NCBI RefSeq assembly: GCF_000015145.1
Contig: NC_008818.1
Coordinates: 240,001 to 272,000 of the forward strand
Direction of reading: 5' to 3'
Length of the DNA: 32,000 bases
DNA from: Hyperthermus butylicus DSM 5456
Lineage (GTDB): Archaea; Thermoproteota; Thermoprotei_A; Sulfolobales; Pyrodictiaceae
Shown piece by piece: positions 1-9,771 of this stretch. A program made the translations under genes and the position numbers. Positions within the stretch are counted from its first letter, which is position 1, and each line of letters begins with the position of its first letter. Below the pieces are notes generated by a model. It had not been told where the DNA came from and made no database searches. It was given only the letters and a program-made list of their open reading frames with translations.

Positions 1-501
1 AAAGCTGTCGTAGTAGACTAGCGTGGTACTCGCGGGCAGCGGTACCTCAAGGGCTGCTAGCTTGTTATCAGCATCCACGAGATCTATCTTAGGGCTAGTA
101 CCCTCAATCTTCCTAGCAATACCCTCAGCTACATACTTCACGATATCGCTAGCTATCTTTGCTGCACCACCAGCACCACCACCACTGACAACTATATGCG
201 AACCCTCACCAGTATCAATAATGTCAACGGCGAGTATTAGTGAGTCGGTGCGGCCCTTAGCTACGAGTATCACCGTCTCATCCGTCTCGTATATCTTGAA
301 GTCTAGCCTCGCCCTCCTGCTACCGATTAGCCTCGGCACCCTGATAACCACATAGTTCTCGCCAACCTCCTCAACGTTCTTTGCATTCTTTATGAAGTCC
401 GTTATACGGCCAATGAGCTTCCTTACACTCTCGGGGTCCAGGGGCACAATGAGCTTAATGGCGCCCTCCTCCCGGCTCATCAAAGGCCTTATGACACTCA
501 T
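1..501 (-). CDS. Conserved hypothetical protein, possibly SRPBCC/CoxG-like; 3' end lies outside the window
   Basis: Open minus-strand frame from ATG at 501 to the window edge with no stop: MSVIRPLMSREEGAIKLIVPLDPESVRKLIGRITDFIKNAKNVEEVGENYVVIRVPRL... It is absent from the ORF track because it is partial. The family guess is weak. Confidence 0.75.
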   Translation of the reverse strand, partial: MSVIRPLMSREEGAIKLIVPLDPESVRKLIGRITDFIKNAKNVEEVGENYVVIRVPRLIGSRRARLDFKIYETDETVILVAKGRTDSLILAVDIIDTGEGSHIVVSGGGAGGAAKIASDIVKYVAEGIARKIEGTSPKIDLVDADNKLAALEVPLPASTTLVYYDSF

Positions 502-728
502 TCCTACCCGCTACCCCGTGCAACTTGTCCCACTTGTTCCCCCTATGAGTGTGTGTATTTCAGTATCGCCCCGGAGATGGGGATCCACTTGAAAATGGAG
601 AGGAGGCAGCTCCACCTGCCCTACCTTATGTAGCCTCCAATTGCTGTTGCTTCGTGGAAATAGTTAATAATACCTCTTAGAACACTGTAATCTAAAGCAT
701 TAATACCTGTTTATAGCGTGAGTTTGTC

Positions 729-1565
729 ATGGTGAATGCTGTGCAGGCTCCGGAGCATAGCTGGTTACCCCACAACGTTACCTCGCTGAGGGAGGGTGCG
801 CTAGCAGCACTCATAATCCGGAAGACGGCAGAGAAGCTTACATCGATAACTAGCGTGGATGTTGCCATTGCTGGTGCTGGCCCTGCAGGGCTTACTGCTG
901 CCTGGCTACTAGCCGAAAAGGGGTTGAGAGTTGTCGTAGTAGAGCACAGCCTTGGCGTAGGCGGCGGCATGAGAGGCGGCTCCATGCTGATGCCGGTAGG
1001 CCTTGTCGAGGATGGACTCCCCGCCGAGCTGCTTCGCCGCGCCGGTGCACGTCTCGATAGGGTGGCGGATGGACTCTATGCTGTAGACCCAACGGAGGCT
1101 GTGGTAAAGCTGGCGGCAAAGGCTATCGATGCTGGCGCAGTCATCCTACCCGGCCTCCACGTCGAGGACCTCATACTCTGGCGGAGCGGCAGTGGCTACC
1201 GTGTCGCTGGGCTCGTGATAAACCTCTCCCCTGTCGTCGAGGCTGGCTGGCACGTAGACCCCATCTACATCGAGGCTCGCGCAACGATAGACGCTACCGG
1301 CCACGACGCTGAGCTTGTCAAGCTCCTCTCCAAGGCGCTAGGCGACTCCAGCATTAGGGTTAGGGGTACACGTGGAATGGATGTCTGGGAGGGAGAAAAG
1401 CTGGTTGTAGAGTATACGGGAGAGGTGTACCCAGGCCTCTACGCCGCCGGAATGGCCGTATCGGAGACCTATCAGCTGCCAAGAATGGGCCCCGTATTCG
1501 GCGGCATGCTAGCCTCTGGTGCCAGGGTGGCGGAGCTGGTAGCGTCTAGGCTCTCCGAGCAGTAG
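729..1565 (+). CDS. thi4: Thiamine thiazole synthase, archaeal Thi4 family (sulfide-dependent type)
   Basis: FAD-binding motif VAIAGAGPAGLTAAWLLAEKGLRVVVVE, GGGMRGGSMLMP, AGWHVDPIYIEARATIDATGHD and C-terminal GPVFGGMLASG are typical of Thi4. Confidence 0.93.
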   Translation: MVNAVQAPEHSWLPHNVTSLREGALAALIIRKTAEKLTSITSVDVAIAGAGPAGLTAAWLLAEKGLRVVVVEHSLGVGGGMRGGSMLMPVGLVEDGLPAELLRRAGARLDRVADGLYAVDPTEAVVKLAAKAIDAGAVILPGLHVEDLILWRSGSGYRVAGLVINLSPVVEAGWHVDPIYIEARATIDATGHDAELVKLLSKALGDSSIRVRGTRGMDVWEGEKLVVEYTGEVYPGLYAAGMAVSETYQLPRMGPVFGGMLASGARVAELVASRLSEQ

Positions 1566-2373
1566 ATCTCACAACAGCCAACTCTTTCTCTACCTCCTCC
1601 CTCCTCTTAGCTTCAGCCCTCACAGCTTCCAAGTGCTCCCTATCACCCTCTGGGCCCCGTAGCCTTCTAGCGAGCCCTGCAAGAGTCCCCTCCGGTCCAT
1701 AGCAGACCAGAGTGTCGCCCTCAAGGATCACAGTATCGCCACGTGGAGCACCGATGTAGACTTCTCTCCCGTTCACACGCCGGTAAATACCGAGTACAAG
1801 CACTCCCTCGTCGGCAAGCTTTAGCTCGCGGAGGCTGCGGCCAGCAAGCCAGCTACCAGGCTGCACCTTTAGCATTGCAATTGAGTAGCCCTTGCTGAGC
1901 CCTAGTAGCTGCTCGTAGTCGTAGAGGCGTAGGTTAGTAAACCTCTCAAGCATCCTCGCTATAACCCTGCTCATCCACCGGTCGATAACCCTGGACCTGC
2001 TGAAAAGGTAGAGCCCAGCAATGCCAATTGCAAGCCAACCAGCCCTCTCAGCGGCCTCTCCAGCGCTCTGCCCGACGAACGTCAGCACCAGCGAAGCCAT
2101 GGCTGTGGTTATGCCTGCACTACCGAGCGTCATCAGCACGCGGATTATACGCCGGCGAACCGGGTGCGAAACCACATACTCGGACTCGGAAGTTGTGAAC
2201 CCGACACCGGTAAACGCAGACTGGGCCTGGAAGACAGCCACGTCCCTGGAAAGACCAGTCATCATCAACGCCACTGTGCCGATACGGACTATGATTATCG
2301 AGAAGAGTATCGTGAGTAAGACCATTACTAGAGGCATCAAACCCCACGTACCACCCCAAAAGGGCAGCTGCAC
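1546..2373 (-). CDS. Membrane protein with C-terminal TrkA-C (RCK_C) domain
   Basis: N-terminal hydrophobic helices, then LKVQPGSWLAGRSLRELKLADEGVLVLGIYRRVNGREVYIGAPRGDTVILEGDTLVCYGPEG, which is TrkA-C-like. Confidence 0.85.
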   Translation of the reverse strand: MQLPFWGGTWGLMPLVMVLLTILFSIIIVRIGTVALMMTGLSRDVAVFQAQSAFTGVGFTTSESEYVVSHPVRRRIIRVLMTLGSAGITTAMASLVLTFVGQSAGEAAERAGWLAIGIAGLYLFSRSRVIDRWMSRVIARMLERFTNLRLYDYEQLLGLSKGYSIAMLKVQPGSWLAGRSLRELKLADEGVLVLGIYRRVNGREVYIGAPRGDTVILEGDTLVCYGPEGTLAGLARRLRGPEGDREHLEAVRAEAKRREEVEKELAVVRSTARRA

Positions 2374-2572
2374 AGCTCAACAGTTTTCCACGACTACAGG
2401 CAGCTAATAACGGTTAGTCCAACCATGACTCTAGCCAAGTTGGCCGACGCGCCATCCCCATGCTGGGGTACGTGTAGTGTAGAGCCGGAAGGCTGTACCC
2501 GTCCCCGCGGAGGGGTGTAAGGAAAAACCAGTGGATGCAATAACGGACATGATCTAGCGTGGAATACCTCCC

Positions 2573-4096
2573 TTAGCTGCCCCTCTTTACGAGGACTACG
2601 GCCACTATAGCTACGAGTATGGCGGCTATAGCTGCTGCTACGTGGTACACCGTCTTGTTGGCTTCACCAATCTCCTCAGCCGGCTTTGTAGGCTGCTCCT
2701 GCTCGGGAGCTGGGCTCGGCGCCGTCTCCTCGGGCTGCTGTGGCGGTGGCGTCTCCTCCCCTGAGACCTTCACGGTGACTAGCGGGAGCTGCTCTAATGC
2801 TACATTCTCCTCAGAGACTTCTACACCCTCAGCGGGTTCCAGCTCAACCATCTGCGGTATAAACTGTTCAAGCCCAGGCATCATCCCGGCGAGGAATAGT
2901 ATTAATTTCCGATAGTTAGCAAACATTGTCGATAGGATTGTTAGAGCCTTCTCAGCGTCCCTAGCTGGGTCTCCGCTGGGCTTTGCTACTGCTACCCTAT
3001 GCCCAGTGTAGTCGACGCTTATGAGGATCCTATCGCTGTCAATGCTGATCTTTACTTCGGCGCTTGCATCGCTTGGCGGCTTCTCAACGAGCATCGCTTC
3101 GGGGCCAGGGGCGCTTAGGGCTGTTCGCATCATGGTTAATACTTGTAGCTCTGGCGGCATACCCATGCCAGCTGGCGGCTGCATTGTTGAGAGCTGCGAC
3201 AAGGCCCTATACATCAATATTTGCATCTCCTTGGAAAACATGATGTACTTCTCTACTTCGCCGACAAGTCTCTGCTCATAATCCAGGTTTAGGTTTAGCG
3301 TATTCTCCTCGGTTCGCAGCTCCAGCTTGAAGGTGAAGGTGCCGGAAACGTCTATATCCTCTCCCGCTAGCTGCTTTAGCCTCTCAGCCTCCTCGCTACT
3401 CAGACCCTTGGATAGTTCCTCCAGGGTCTTCTCAACATCTATAACTGCCTGGATCTCTATCCTCGCAGTGTCACCCTCTATGCTATGTACCAGCCTGGCT
3501 ATCTTGATGTACGTTACTCCCTGGCTCTGTAACGCCGCGTTAATCTCCTCCGGCGACGGTATGTCGGTCCCTGCAAAGTCCTCTGCCGGTGTTAGGTAGA
3601 CCACAGCATCCACTGTTGCGGTCTTCTTGTCCTCGGATACTCTTACGTCAAGCTTCTCTATCCTTATATCGCCCTCACCGGAGGTGCTAACACCCTTCAT
3701 GTAGCCTGTGAGGCTGAGATGGGTGCTACTGGTTTCCCCAGAGAACTCTACCGCTATCAGTGCTGGCTCGGCCCCAGCCTCCCTGCTGGTCAGGGTTCCG
3801 GATAACGTCAGCTTGGACTCGTAGTTGTCCCACGTAATGCTGCTAGCATAGTGTCCCACTAGCTCTCCGGTGAGCCCAGTATCCTCGGGCATCATGATAC
3901 TAGCTTTCAGCCTATAGACCGGCTGTACAGCACCATCACTGTACACTATTATCTTGAGGCTCGACTCTTCAACGTTAAACGTCATGGTCTCATGTGGCTG
4001 CATCGCCGCAGCTGTTGCCGAGGCCGCGAGTAGCAGTAGGGGTACAAGCACGTAGAATAGCCTGGACACGGTGCATAGACGCATATCAGGATACAC
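2573..4096 (-). CDS. Hypothetical exported, membrane-anchored protein
   Basis: 507 aa ORF with N-terminal signal-like helix (LFYVLVPLLLLAASATAAA), Pro/Glu-rich stretch and C-terminal TM helix followed by KRGS. Confidence 0.8.
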   Translation of the reverse strand: MYPDMRLCTVSRLFYVLVPLLLLAASATAAAMQPHETMTFNVEESSLKIIVYSDGAVQPVYRLKASIMMPEDTGLTGELVGHYASSITWDNYESKLTLSGTLTSREAGAEPALIAVEFSGETSSTHLSLTGYMKGVSTSGEGDIRIEKLDVRVSEDKKTATVDAVVYLTPAEDFAGTDIPSPEEINAALQSQGVTYIKIARLVHSIEGDTARIEIQAVIDVEKTLEELSKGLSSEEAERLKQLAGEDIDVSGTFTFKLELRTEENTLNLNLDYEQRLVGEVEKYIMFSKEMQILMYRALSQLSTMQPPAGMGMPPELQVLTMMRTALSAPGPEAMLVEKPPSDASAEVKISIDSDRILISVDYTGHRVAVAKPSGDPARDAEKALTILSTMFANYRKLILFLAGMMPGLEQFIPQMVELEPAEGVEVSEENVALEQLPLVTVKVSGEETPPPQQPEETAPSPAPEQEQPTKPAEEIGEANKTVYHVAAAIAAILVAIVAVVLVKRGS

Positions 4097-4298
4097 CTTT
4101 GCGTATCTACTCCGGGTGTTGCACAGTTATCCCACGATTATAACTCTACCCATGTCGCTCCACTGTATTAGCTCCTGCAGCAATCCCCTCCCGTCATGCT
4201 GAGGCCTTGGCATGGCTTCACGCCGGTATATTAGCTGGTAGGGGTGTAGAGTCGTGTGATCCGACGGGCTAGGGGTCCACCCAGCGTGGCCTACCGAT

Positions 4299-5336
4299 GT
4301 GCCCCTAGAGGTGCTCGTTGCTGGTCGGAGGCTGGAGGCTTTGGTTAGGGTTAGGAACGTGATATGGGTGTTTACTGCTGCCTGCAACCTGGATTGCATC
4401 CACTGCTATGTTGCACGGTGGAGGGGTCTCCGCGAGCTAAGCCTTGAGGAGAAGCTCCGCCTCGTGAGGGAGATTGCTGAGCTTGGTGTCGAGCATGTGG
4501 GGCTTACGGGTGGGGAACCACTGATACACCCACACTTCCCCCGGCTTGCCAGAGAGATCGTAGACCACGGTATGACATACCACGTGGTAACAAACGCTAC
4601 GATGGTTCGCAGGGAGGCCGCCGAAATGCTTGCTAGGCATGAGGCACATGCAATAGTGAGCGTTGACGGCCCGCCAGAGATCCACGACAGGATGAGGGGT
4701 CCCGGAGCGTTCCGAATGCTCGAGAAGGGCGTAGCCACCCTGCGGGAGGCTGGCGTCGAGTACAGCAGCGTTATGGCCGTAAGCAGGCTAAACTATCGCC
4801 ATGCTGCTGAGGCCGTGGAGGCAGCCTACCGGCTCGGAGCTGTAGAGGCCGCATTGATACCCGTAATGCCCGTGGGGAGGGCGAGGGAGGCAAGAGTCTA
4901 TGTAGGAATTGAAGAATATCGTGTAGCCGTGAAAGCAGCAGCCGCAAGGGCCGAGGAGCTCGGGCTACCCCTCTCGCTCTGGTGCACCCCATTCGCTCCA
5001 CTCCTCACCAGGAGGAGGGTCTACTACTGGAGCTGCAGGCTAAGCCCAACAATAGACATCGATCCCGCCGGGAGGCTGCTGCTCTGCGACGTCCTAGACA
5101 TAGTGGTCGCCGACGCCTCCAGGCAGGGGCTGAGAAAAGCTGTCGAGGAGTACGAGCGACACCCACTAGTCAAGCTCGTGGAGAACCCACCGAGGCTGCC
5201 AGAGCCCTGCCAGAGATGCATGCTAAGGGGGAGCTGCCGGGGTGGATGCTACGCCCGAGCCCTACTCCTACGAGGCGACCTAAACGCCGGAGACCCCCTA
5301 TGCCCCCTCATTGTTGCATGGACACCGAAAGCCTAG
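4299..5336 (+). CDS. Radical SAM protein with SPASM-like C-terminal cysteine region
   Basis: CNLDCIHCYV (CxxxCxxC), VGLTGGEPLIHPHF, and CQRCMLRGSCRGGCYAR near the C terminus. Confidence 0.9.
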   Translation: MPLEVLVAGRRLEALVRVRNVIWVFTAACNLDCIHCYVARWRGLRELSLEEKLRLVREIAELGVEHVGLTGGEPLIHPHFPRLAREIVDHGMTYHVVTNATMVRREAAEMLARHEAHAIVSVDGPPEIHDRMRGPGAFRMLEKGVATLREAGVEYSSVMAVSRLNYRHAAEAVEAAYRLGAVEAALIPVMPVGRAREARVYVGIEEYRVAVKAAAARAEELGLPLSLWCTPFAPLLTRRRVYYWSCRLSPTIDIDPAGRLLLCDVLDIVVADASRQGLRKAVEEYERHPLVKLVENPPRLPEPCQRCMLRGSCRGGCYARALLLRGDLNAGDPLCPLIVAWTPKA

Positions 5337-5450
5337 GGTCACCGCTTGTGAACCCATGCACCCATCCCGCTTGGCCCTAATGAGTTCTGAGCAAAGACAT
5401 GCCTCCATAGCCATGGGGTAGCCGCGTGGAGAACCATGGAAGGGTGTGTT

Positions 5451-5520
5451 CCGGCGCGCAGCCGGGGCTCATCCAGGCTGGCCGCCGGGACTCGGCGGTG
5501 TCGACCCGGCGAGGAGGCCG
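5451..5520. other. GC-rich cluster of short inverted repeats in a convergent intergenic region; candidate structured RNA
   Basis: CCGGC-GCGCA-GCCGG (5451-5465); CCGCC-N7-GGCGG (5482-5498); competing pair CGCCGGG (5483-5489)/CCCGGCG (5505-5511). Confidence 0.25.
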
Positions 5521-5561
5521 TGTATGGTTGGGCGTGGCTCTGGGCTATAAGACTGCGCGCC

Positions 5562-6170
5562 CTATAGCTTGCCGAGCCTAGCCTCTACCTTGCCGTCTGA
5601 GACCTCTATGACTGCATAGTAGCCCTGGACTAGCGGGCCGGGGTTTACTGCTAGGGTCGCTCCTAGCCTGGCCTGGCCCCGGGCTTCGTGTATGTGGCCG
5701 AATAGGTGTAGAAGCGGTTGTAGCCCCTCCACGAGCCTGCGTATAACTAGGAGGCCGCCGTGCCCGCCCCAGGCTGACTCGTCCAGCACACCGTATGGCG
5801 GGTGGTGCGACACCAACACGTCCAAGAGCTTCTCGTCCACCTCCACGCGGAGCTTCTCGGCGTCCCCGTAGGGCTCAATGCCGCCTATACCAGCAAATAC
5901 AAGGCCCCCTATGCTCCGCGTCCTGCCGTCGAGCAGGTAGCCCCTGGACGCTAGCTCCTCCCTAACCCATCCAGAGTCCATGTTACCGGTGACAACTACA
6001 ACATCACCGCCAGCCTCCCCTAGGATATCCACCAGCGACGGGCACTCGAGATCGCCACTGACAACTACAACGTCGTAGGCTAGCTCACGCAGAGCCCTAC
6101 GGAGCATAGCCTCCGAGCAATGCACGTCGGAGACGTGGAGTATCTTCAGCCTCGCCACCCCAATTCCCAC
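5562..6170 (-). CDS. Metallophosphoesterase (calcineurin-like)
   Basis: LKILHVSDVHCSEAMLRRAL, VVVSGDLECPSL, VVVTGNMD, HHPPYG, LHLFGHIHE. The track ORF extends to 6410, but the conserved domain begins right after a GTG at 6170. Confidence 0.88.
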   Translation of the reverse strand: MGIGVARLKILHVSDVHCSEAMLRRALRELAYDVVVVSGDLECPSLVDILGEAGGDVVVVTGNMDSGWVREELASRGYLLDGRTRSIGGLVFAGIGGIEPYGDAEKLRVEVDEKLLDVLVSHHPPYGVLDESAWGGHGGLLVIRRLVEGLQPLLHLFGHIHEARGQARLGATLAVNPGPLVQGYYAVIEVSDGKVEARLGKL

Positions 6171-6341
6171 GTTAGTGTGACTCCCAGCCCGGGCCCTATA
6201 GGCTGTTAAACCTGGCAGCTGGTTCTGCACCAACGACTGGCATTCCTTCCCGTTTAGGCTCTGGAGTCTACTTCGGCAGATGTTAGTTTCCGCTGGGAGC
6301 GCCCTCGGAGCGGCTACTGCACTAGGTGGATAAGGGGGAGG

Positions 6342-6728
6342 ATGGAATTTAGGTATCAGCTGGGCGGTCCCGGTATGAGGCTTAGGCCGTGGCTTAGGCT
6401 GGCCCTCCACGCCTTTCTGGTGGGGCTTGTAGCTGGCGCTCTTGCCAGGCTTCTCTTCTGGTCTCGCATCGAGGCCTCCGCCTCCAGCGGGGGCTACGGG
6501 CTATCCCACTACCTTGCAGGGTTTGTTGTGCCCCTACTGAAGCTCCTCTCTCCAGTATATGGGGTGGCGTTCCCCAGCTTCTTTACGGGCTATGAGCTCG
6601 GCGAGTGGCTGCTCGGCGACAACCCATTCAGCGAGTTGCAGAGCTTCGCCATAGGCCTTGCCGGGGGCCTCATATTGATCTGGCTTGTTCAGCTCCTGGC
6701 GAGGTGGCGTAGGAGGGCTACCAGCTAA
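6342..6728 (+). CDS. Small hypothetical membrane protein
   Basis: 128 aa ORF with several hydrophobic segments, located just upstream of the ABC ATPase. The start could be a later ATG. Confidence 0.6.
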   Translation: MEFRYQLGGPGMRLRPWLRLALHAFLVGLVAGALARLLFWSRIEASASSGGYGLSHYLAGFVVPLLKLLSPVYGVAFPSFFTGYELGEWLLGDNPFSELQSFAIGLAGGLILIWLVQLLARWRRRATS

Positions 6729-6773
6729 ATGAGGCCCACACCCCGCCCAGGAGCTTCTGGGGCTTGAGCTGGA

Positions 6774-7721
6774 TTGCCCGTGGTACTCGAGGTTCGCGGC
6801 CTGATTAAGCGGTATGGCCGCTTTGTCGCGGTTTCTGGTGTGGGCTTCTCGGTTGCCCGTGGCGTTCACGGGCTTGTGGGGCCTAACGGTGCCGGGAAGA
6901 CCACAACTATGAAGTGTATTGTCGGCCTGGCAGTTCCCGATGCCGGGGACATAGTCTTCCTTGGCGAGAGCCTCCTAGCCCGGGGAGCTCACCGGCTGCG
7001 TAAGCTGATGGGCTACGTGGCCGAGATGCCGGTGCTTCCGGAGAACTATACTGCTGAGGAGTTGCTCGTGGAGCTAGCCATGTTGGAGGGCTTGTCTAGG
7101 AGTGACGCGTTGAGGGAGGCCCGTAGGGCGCTGGAGGAGGTTGGCCTCTGGGAGGCTAGGAGGCTCCGAGTCAAGGCGATGAGTAAGGGTATGAGGAAGA
7201 GGCTCTACGTTGCCCAGGCCATCCTGCAGCCGAGAGAGCTCTACGTGCTAGACGAGCCGTTCACCGGCCTCGACCCGGAGGGTGTCGCAGAGCTCCGCCA
7301 GCTAGCAACAAGGCTCGGCAGGGATGCAGGCGTGCTCCTTAGCAGCCACCTGCTGAGAGAGATGGAGGATCTAGCCACGGAGGTCACGGTGATCTACCGG
7401 GGCAGCGTAGTCTACACAGGCTCCCTCGACCAGCTACGCTCCAGGATAGGTGGCGGGGTGGTACTCGAAGTGGAGGTTGATGATGTCGCCCGGGCTGCCA
7501 AGCTGCTAGCCTCGAAGGGGTATAAGACAAGCACCTACGCGGGCCGTGTCAAGCTGAGGCTAGGTTCCCGCGAGGAGGCAGCAGAAGCCATAGCAGCACT
7601 TGTTGAGGGTGGTGTAAAGGTGTACTCGGCTGTGAGGAGGACACTGAGCCTAGAGGAGGCCTACATAGCGCTCATCGTGGGCAAATCGTCTCAAGTGCTG
7701 TCCTCGCCGCGCGCGGCGTAA
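6774..7721 (+). CDS. ABC transporter ATP-binding protein
   Basis: Walker A GLVGPNGAGKTTTMK, signature SKGMRKRL, Walker B ELYVLDEPFTGLDPEG, H-loop LSSHLLREME. Confidence 0.95.
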   Translation: MPVVLEVRGLIKRYGRFVAVSGVGFSVARGVHGLVGPNGAGKTTTMKCIVGLAVPDAGDIVFLGESLLARGAHRLRKLMGYVAEMPVLPENYTAEELLVELAMLEGLSRSDALREARRALEEVGLWEARRLRVKAMSKGMRKRLYVAQAILQPRELYVLDEPFTGLDPEGVAELRQLATRLGRDAGVLLSSHLLREMEDLATEVTVIYRGSVVYTGSLDQLRSRIGGGVVLEVEVDDVARAAKLLASKGYKTSTYAGRVKLRLGSREEAAEAIAALVEGGVKVYSAVRRTLSLEEAYIALIVGKSSQVLSSPRAA

Positions 7722-8163
7722 CAAGCTCCAGGAGCCTAGCCATACCCCTCTCCAGCTCCTCGGCCTCGACAATGGCTGCACCGCCAGCAGGTATTACGAC
7801 ATCCCCACCACCGATAAGGGCTGAGACTACACGCCACATACTCGGCGCATGGCCCACCAGCACCGAGTCAGGCTCAGGCCCCAGTTCTTGCAGGGCTTCG
7901 ACGCTAAACCTGCCGGGCTCCAGCTGCTCGGCAACAGTAACCTTGGCACCGTAGAGCCTTGCAACTATCTCCGCGGTCTCACGAGCTCTGCGGAGAGGAC
8001 TCGAGTAGACTACGCGGGGGCGCACGGGGAGAAGCATCGCGACAAGCTCCACATCCTCTCGACCTCTCTCGGTGAGCCAACGCTCCTCATCGCTACCAGC
8101 AACATCCACTCCCACAGCCTCTCCATGCCTCATAAATATATACACAGCCAAGACTCTAGCCAC
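7672..8163 (-). CDS. Histidine phosphatase / SixA-like phosphoglycerate mutase family protein
   Basis: VYIFMRHGEAVG (RHG motif), VVYSSPLRRARETAEIVARLY, VLVGHAPSMWRVVSAL. Confidence 0.88.
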   Translation of the reverse strand: MARVLAVYIFMRHGEAVGVDVAGSDEERWLTERGREDVELVAMLLPVRPRVVYSSPLRRARETAEIVARLYGAKVTVAEQLEPGRFSVEALQELGPEPDSVLVGHAPSMWRVVSALIGGGDVVIPAGGAAIVEAEELERGMARLLELVTPRAARTALETICPR

Positions 8164-8276
8164 CCCAGAGTACGCAACGCTATGTAGAGGGGTTTTACAG
8201 GCTAGGCTCTGGGGCTAAGTACGTCCACAACACTCCCTGGGTATGTGGCGCACAGGAGCGTGGAGGGGCTCCCCCT

Positions 8277-9185
8277 GTGGCTGGGCTTGCTGTGAGGGTT
8301 GCGGGGCTGACACTGAGGCACCCTGTTATGAATGCTAGCGGCATCCTGGGCTCTCACCCAGAGGGCGTTAAGCTCCTAGTGGATGCTGGTGTATCGGCTG
8401 TCGTGACGAAGTCGTTTACCGTGGAACCACGGGAGGGCTACCCTACTCCAATAGCTGTCCCGCTACCCTATGGGCTCCTCAATGCTGTTGGCCTTTCAAA
8501 CCCCGGCATAGACGGTATATCGGTTGTTGTGGAGGAGGCTAGGCGGGCTGGGCTCCCCGTGGTGGTGAGCATTGCCGGGTCGTCAGAGGACGAGTTCTCC
8601 CGTCTAGCATCTGCAGCCGAAGAGGCTGGCGCCGATGCCATCGAGGTCAACCTCAGCTGCCCCCATGCCAAGGGCATGGGGAGAGAGATAGGCATTGAGC
8701 CGAGGCTGGTCTACTCCGTCGTCTCTGCAACTGCCTCAGTGACGCGTATACCGGTCATAGCTAAGCTGGGCTACGTTGACCGACTCGTGGAGGCAGTGGG
8801 GAAGGCGCTTGAGGCTGGGGCGAGAGCTGTCACACTGATAAACACATTGCCTGCAATGATGATAGACGTGTATGCTATGAAGCCGGTCCTGGGCAACCTT
8901 GTCGGAGGCCTCTCAGGCCCAGCAATACATCCAGTTGCTGTTAGAGCAATCTACGAGGTCTACAGAGAGTACCGGATAGACATCATAGGCGCTGGAGGCG
9001 TAGAGGACTGGAGGACAGCAGCCGAGCTGGTGCTTGCTGGAGCCCGCGCTGTACAGGTGGGCACAGCACTAGTAACCCGCGGGCTGAGAGTCATCGGAGA
9101 GATAGTCCAAGGACTAGAGAGGTACATGGAGGAGGTGGGCGTAGAGTCTATAGAGGAGCTAGTGGGGGCCGCCCACCGGGACTAG
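8277..9185 (+). CDS. pyrD: Dihydroorotate dehydrogenase
   Basis: HPVMNASGILG, YGLLNAVGLSNPGI, AIEVNLSCPHAKGMG, VIAKLGY, GGVEDWRTAAELVLAGARAVQVGTALV. Confidence 0.92.
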   Translation: MAGLAVRVAGLTLRHPVMNASGILGSHPEGVKLLVDAGVSAVVTKSFTVEPREGYPTPIAVPLPYGLLNAVGLSNPGIDGISVVVEEARRAGLPVVVSIAGSSEDEFSRLASAAEEAGADAIEVNLSCPHAKGMGREIGIEPRLVYSVVSATASVTRIPVIAKLGYVDRLVEAVGKALEAGARAVTLINTLPAMMIDVYAMKPVLGNLVGGLSGPAIHPVAVRAIYEVYREYRIDIIGAGGVEDWRTAAELVLAGARAVQVGTALVTRGLRVIGEIVQGLERYMEEVGVESIEELVGAAHRD

Positions 9186-9189
9186 AGTC

Positions 9190-9771
9190 TTGGCCCGAGA
9201 ATTCGAGGAAAAGATAGTTCTGGGCAGCTGCGAGGAGCTAGCAGCTGTTGAAGAGAGGCTCCGCGAGCTAGGGGCAACGCTCGAGGCGGAGGTTTACGAG
9301 GAGGACACCTACTACCAGCACCCCTGCCGAGACTTTGCGGAGACCGATGAGGCTCTGAGGCTTCGGGTAGCCCGGGGAAGGGTAGAGCTAACCTATAAGG
9401 GGCCCAAGAGGGTTGTGGAGGGGGCAAAGGAGAGGGAAGAGTACACCGTAACTGTGGACAGTGGGGCGGCTATGGCCCGAATACTCGAAAAGCTAGGCTT
9501 CAAGCCGGTAGCCACGGTGCGGAAGAGGAGGCGATACTATAGCCTCCCAGGCCTCGCAGTGGTATCGCTCGACGAGGTTGAGGGGCTCGGCTGCTTCGTT
9601 GAGATAGAGTACCGTGGCAGCGACCCCTCGAAGGCGGTGGATACGGTTAAAGCCATAGAGTCTAGGTTAGGCCTGGAATCCAAGCCTAAGACGGTGAAGT
9701 CGTATCTGGAGCTCCTCCTGGAAAAATATGCAGGTGGAGCTAGTAGACCTGGCGGGTTCCGAGCTCACTGA
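9190..9771 (+). CDS. cyaB: CYTH-domain protein (class IV adenylate cyclase / thiamine triphosphatase-like)
   Basis: EFEEKIVLGSCEEL, YYQHPCRDFAETDEALRLRV, ELTYKGPKR, VVSLDEVEGLGCFVEIEYRG. Confidence 0.88.
   Translation: MAREFEEKIVLGSCEELAAVEERLRELGATLEAEVYEEDTYYQHPCRDFAETDEALRLRVARGRVELTYKGPKRVVEGAKEREEYTVTVDSGAAMARILEKLGFKPVATVRKRRRYYSLPGLAVVSLDEVEGLGCFVEIEYRGSDPSKAVDTVKAIESRLGLESKPKTVKSYLELLLEKYAGGASRPGGFRAH

Noticed and set aside
2619-2915. Plus-strand Ser/Gly-rich ORFs across 2619-3599 opposite the exported protein
   Set aside because: Antisense translation of the real 507 aa minus-strand gene.
5451-5520. Possible tRNA in the GC-rich intergenic segment
   Set aside because: No GGTTCRAATCC-type T arm or consistent acceptor stem on either strand.
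6171-6410. N-terminal 80 residues of the 5562..6410 minus-strand ORF
   Set aside because: Proline-rich, low-complexity and outside the phosphoesterase domain; the internal GTG at 6170 is a better start.
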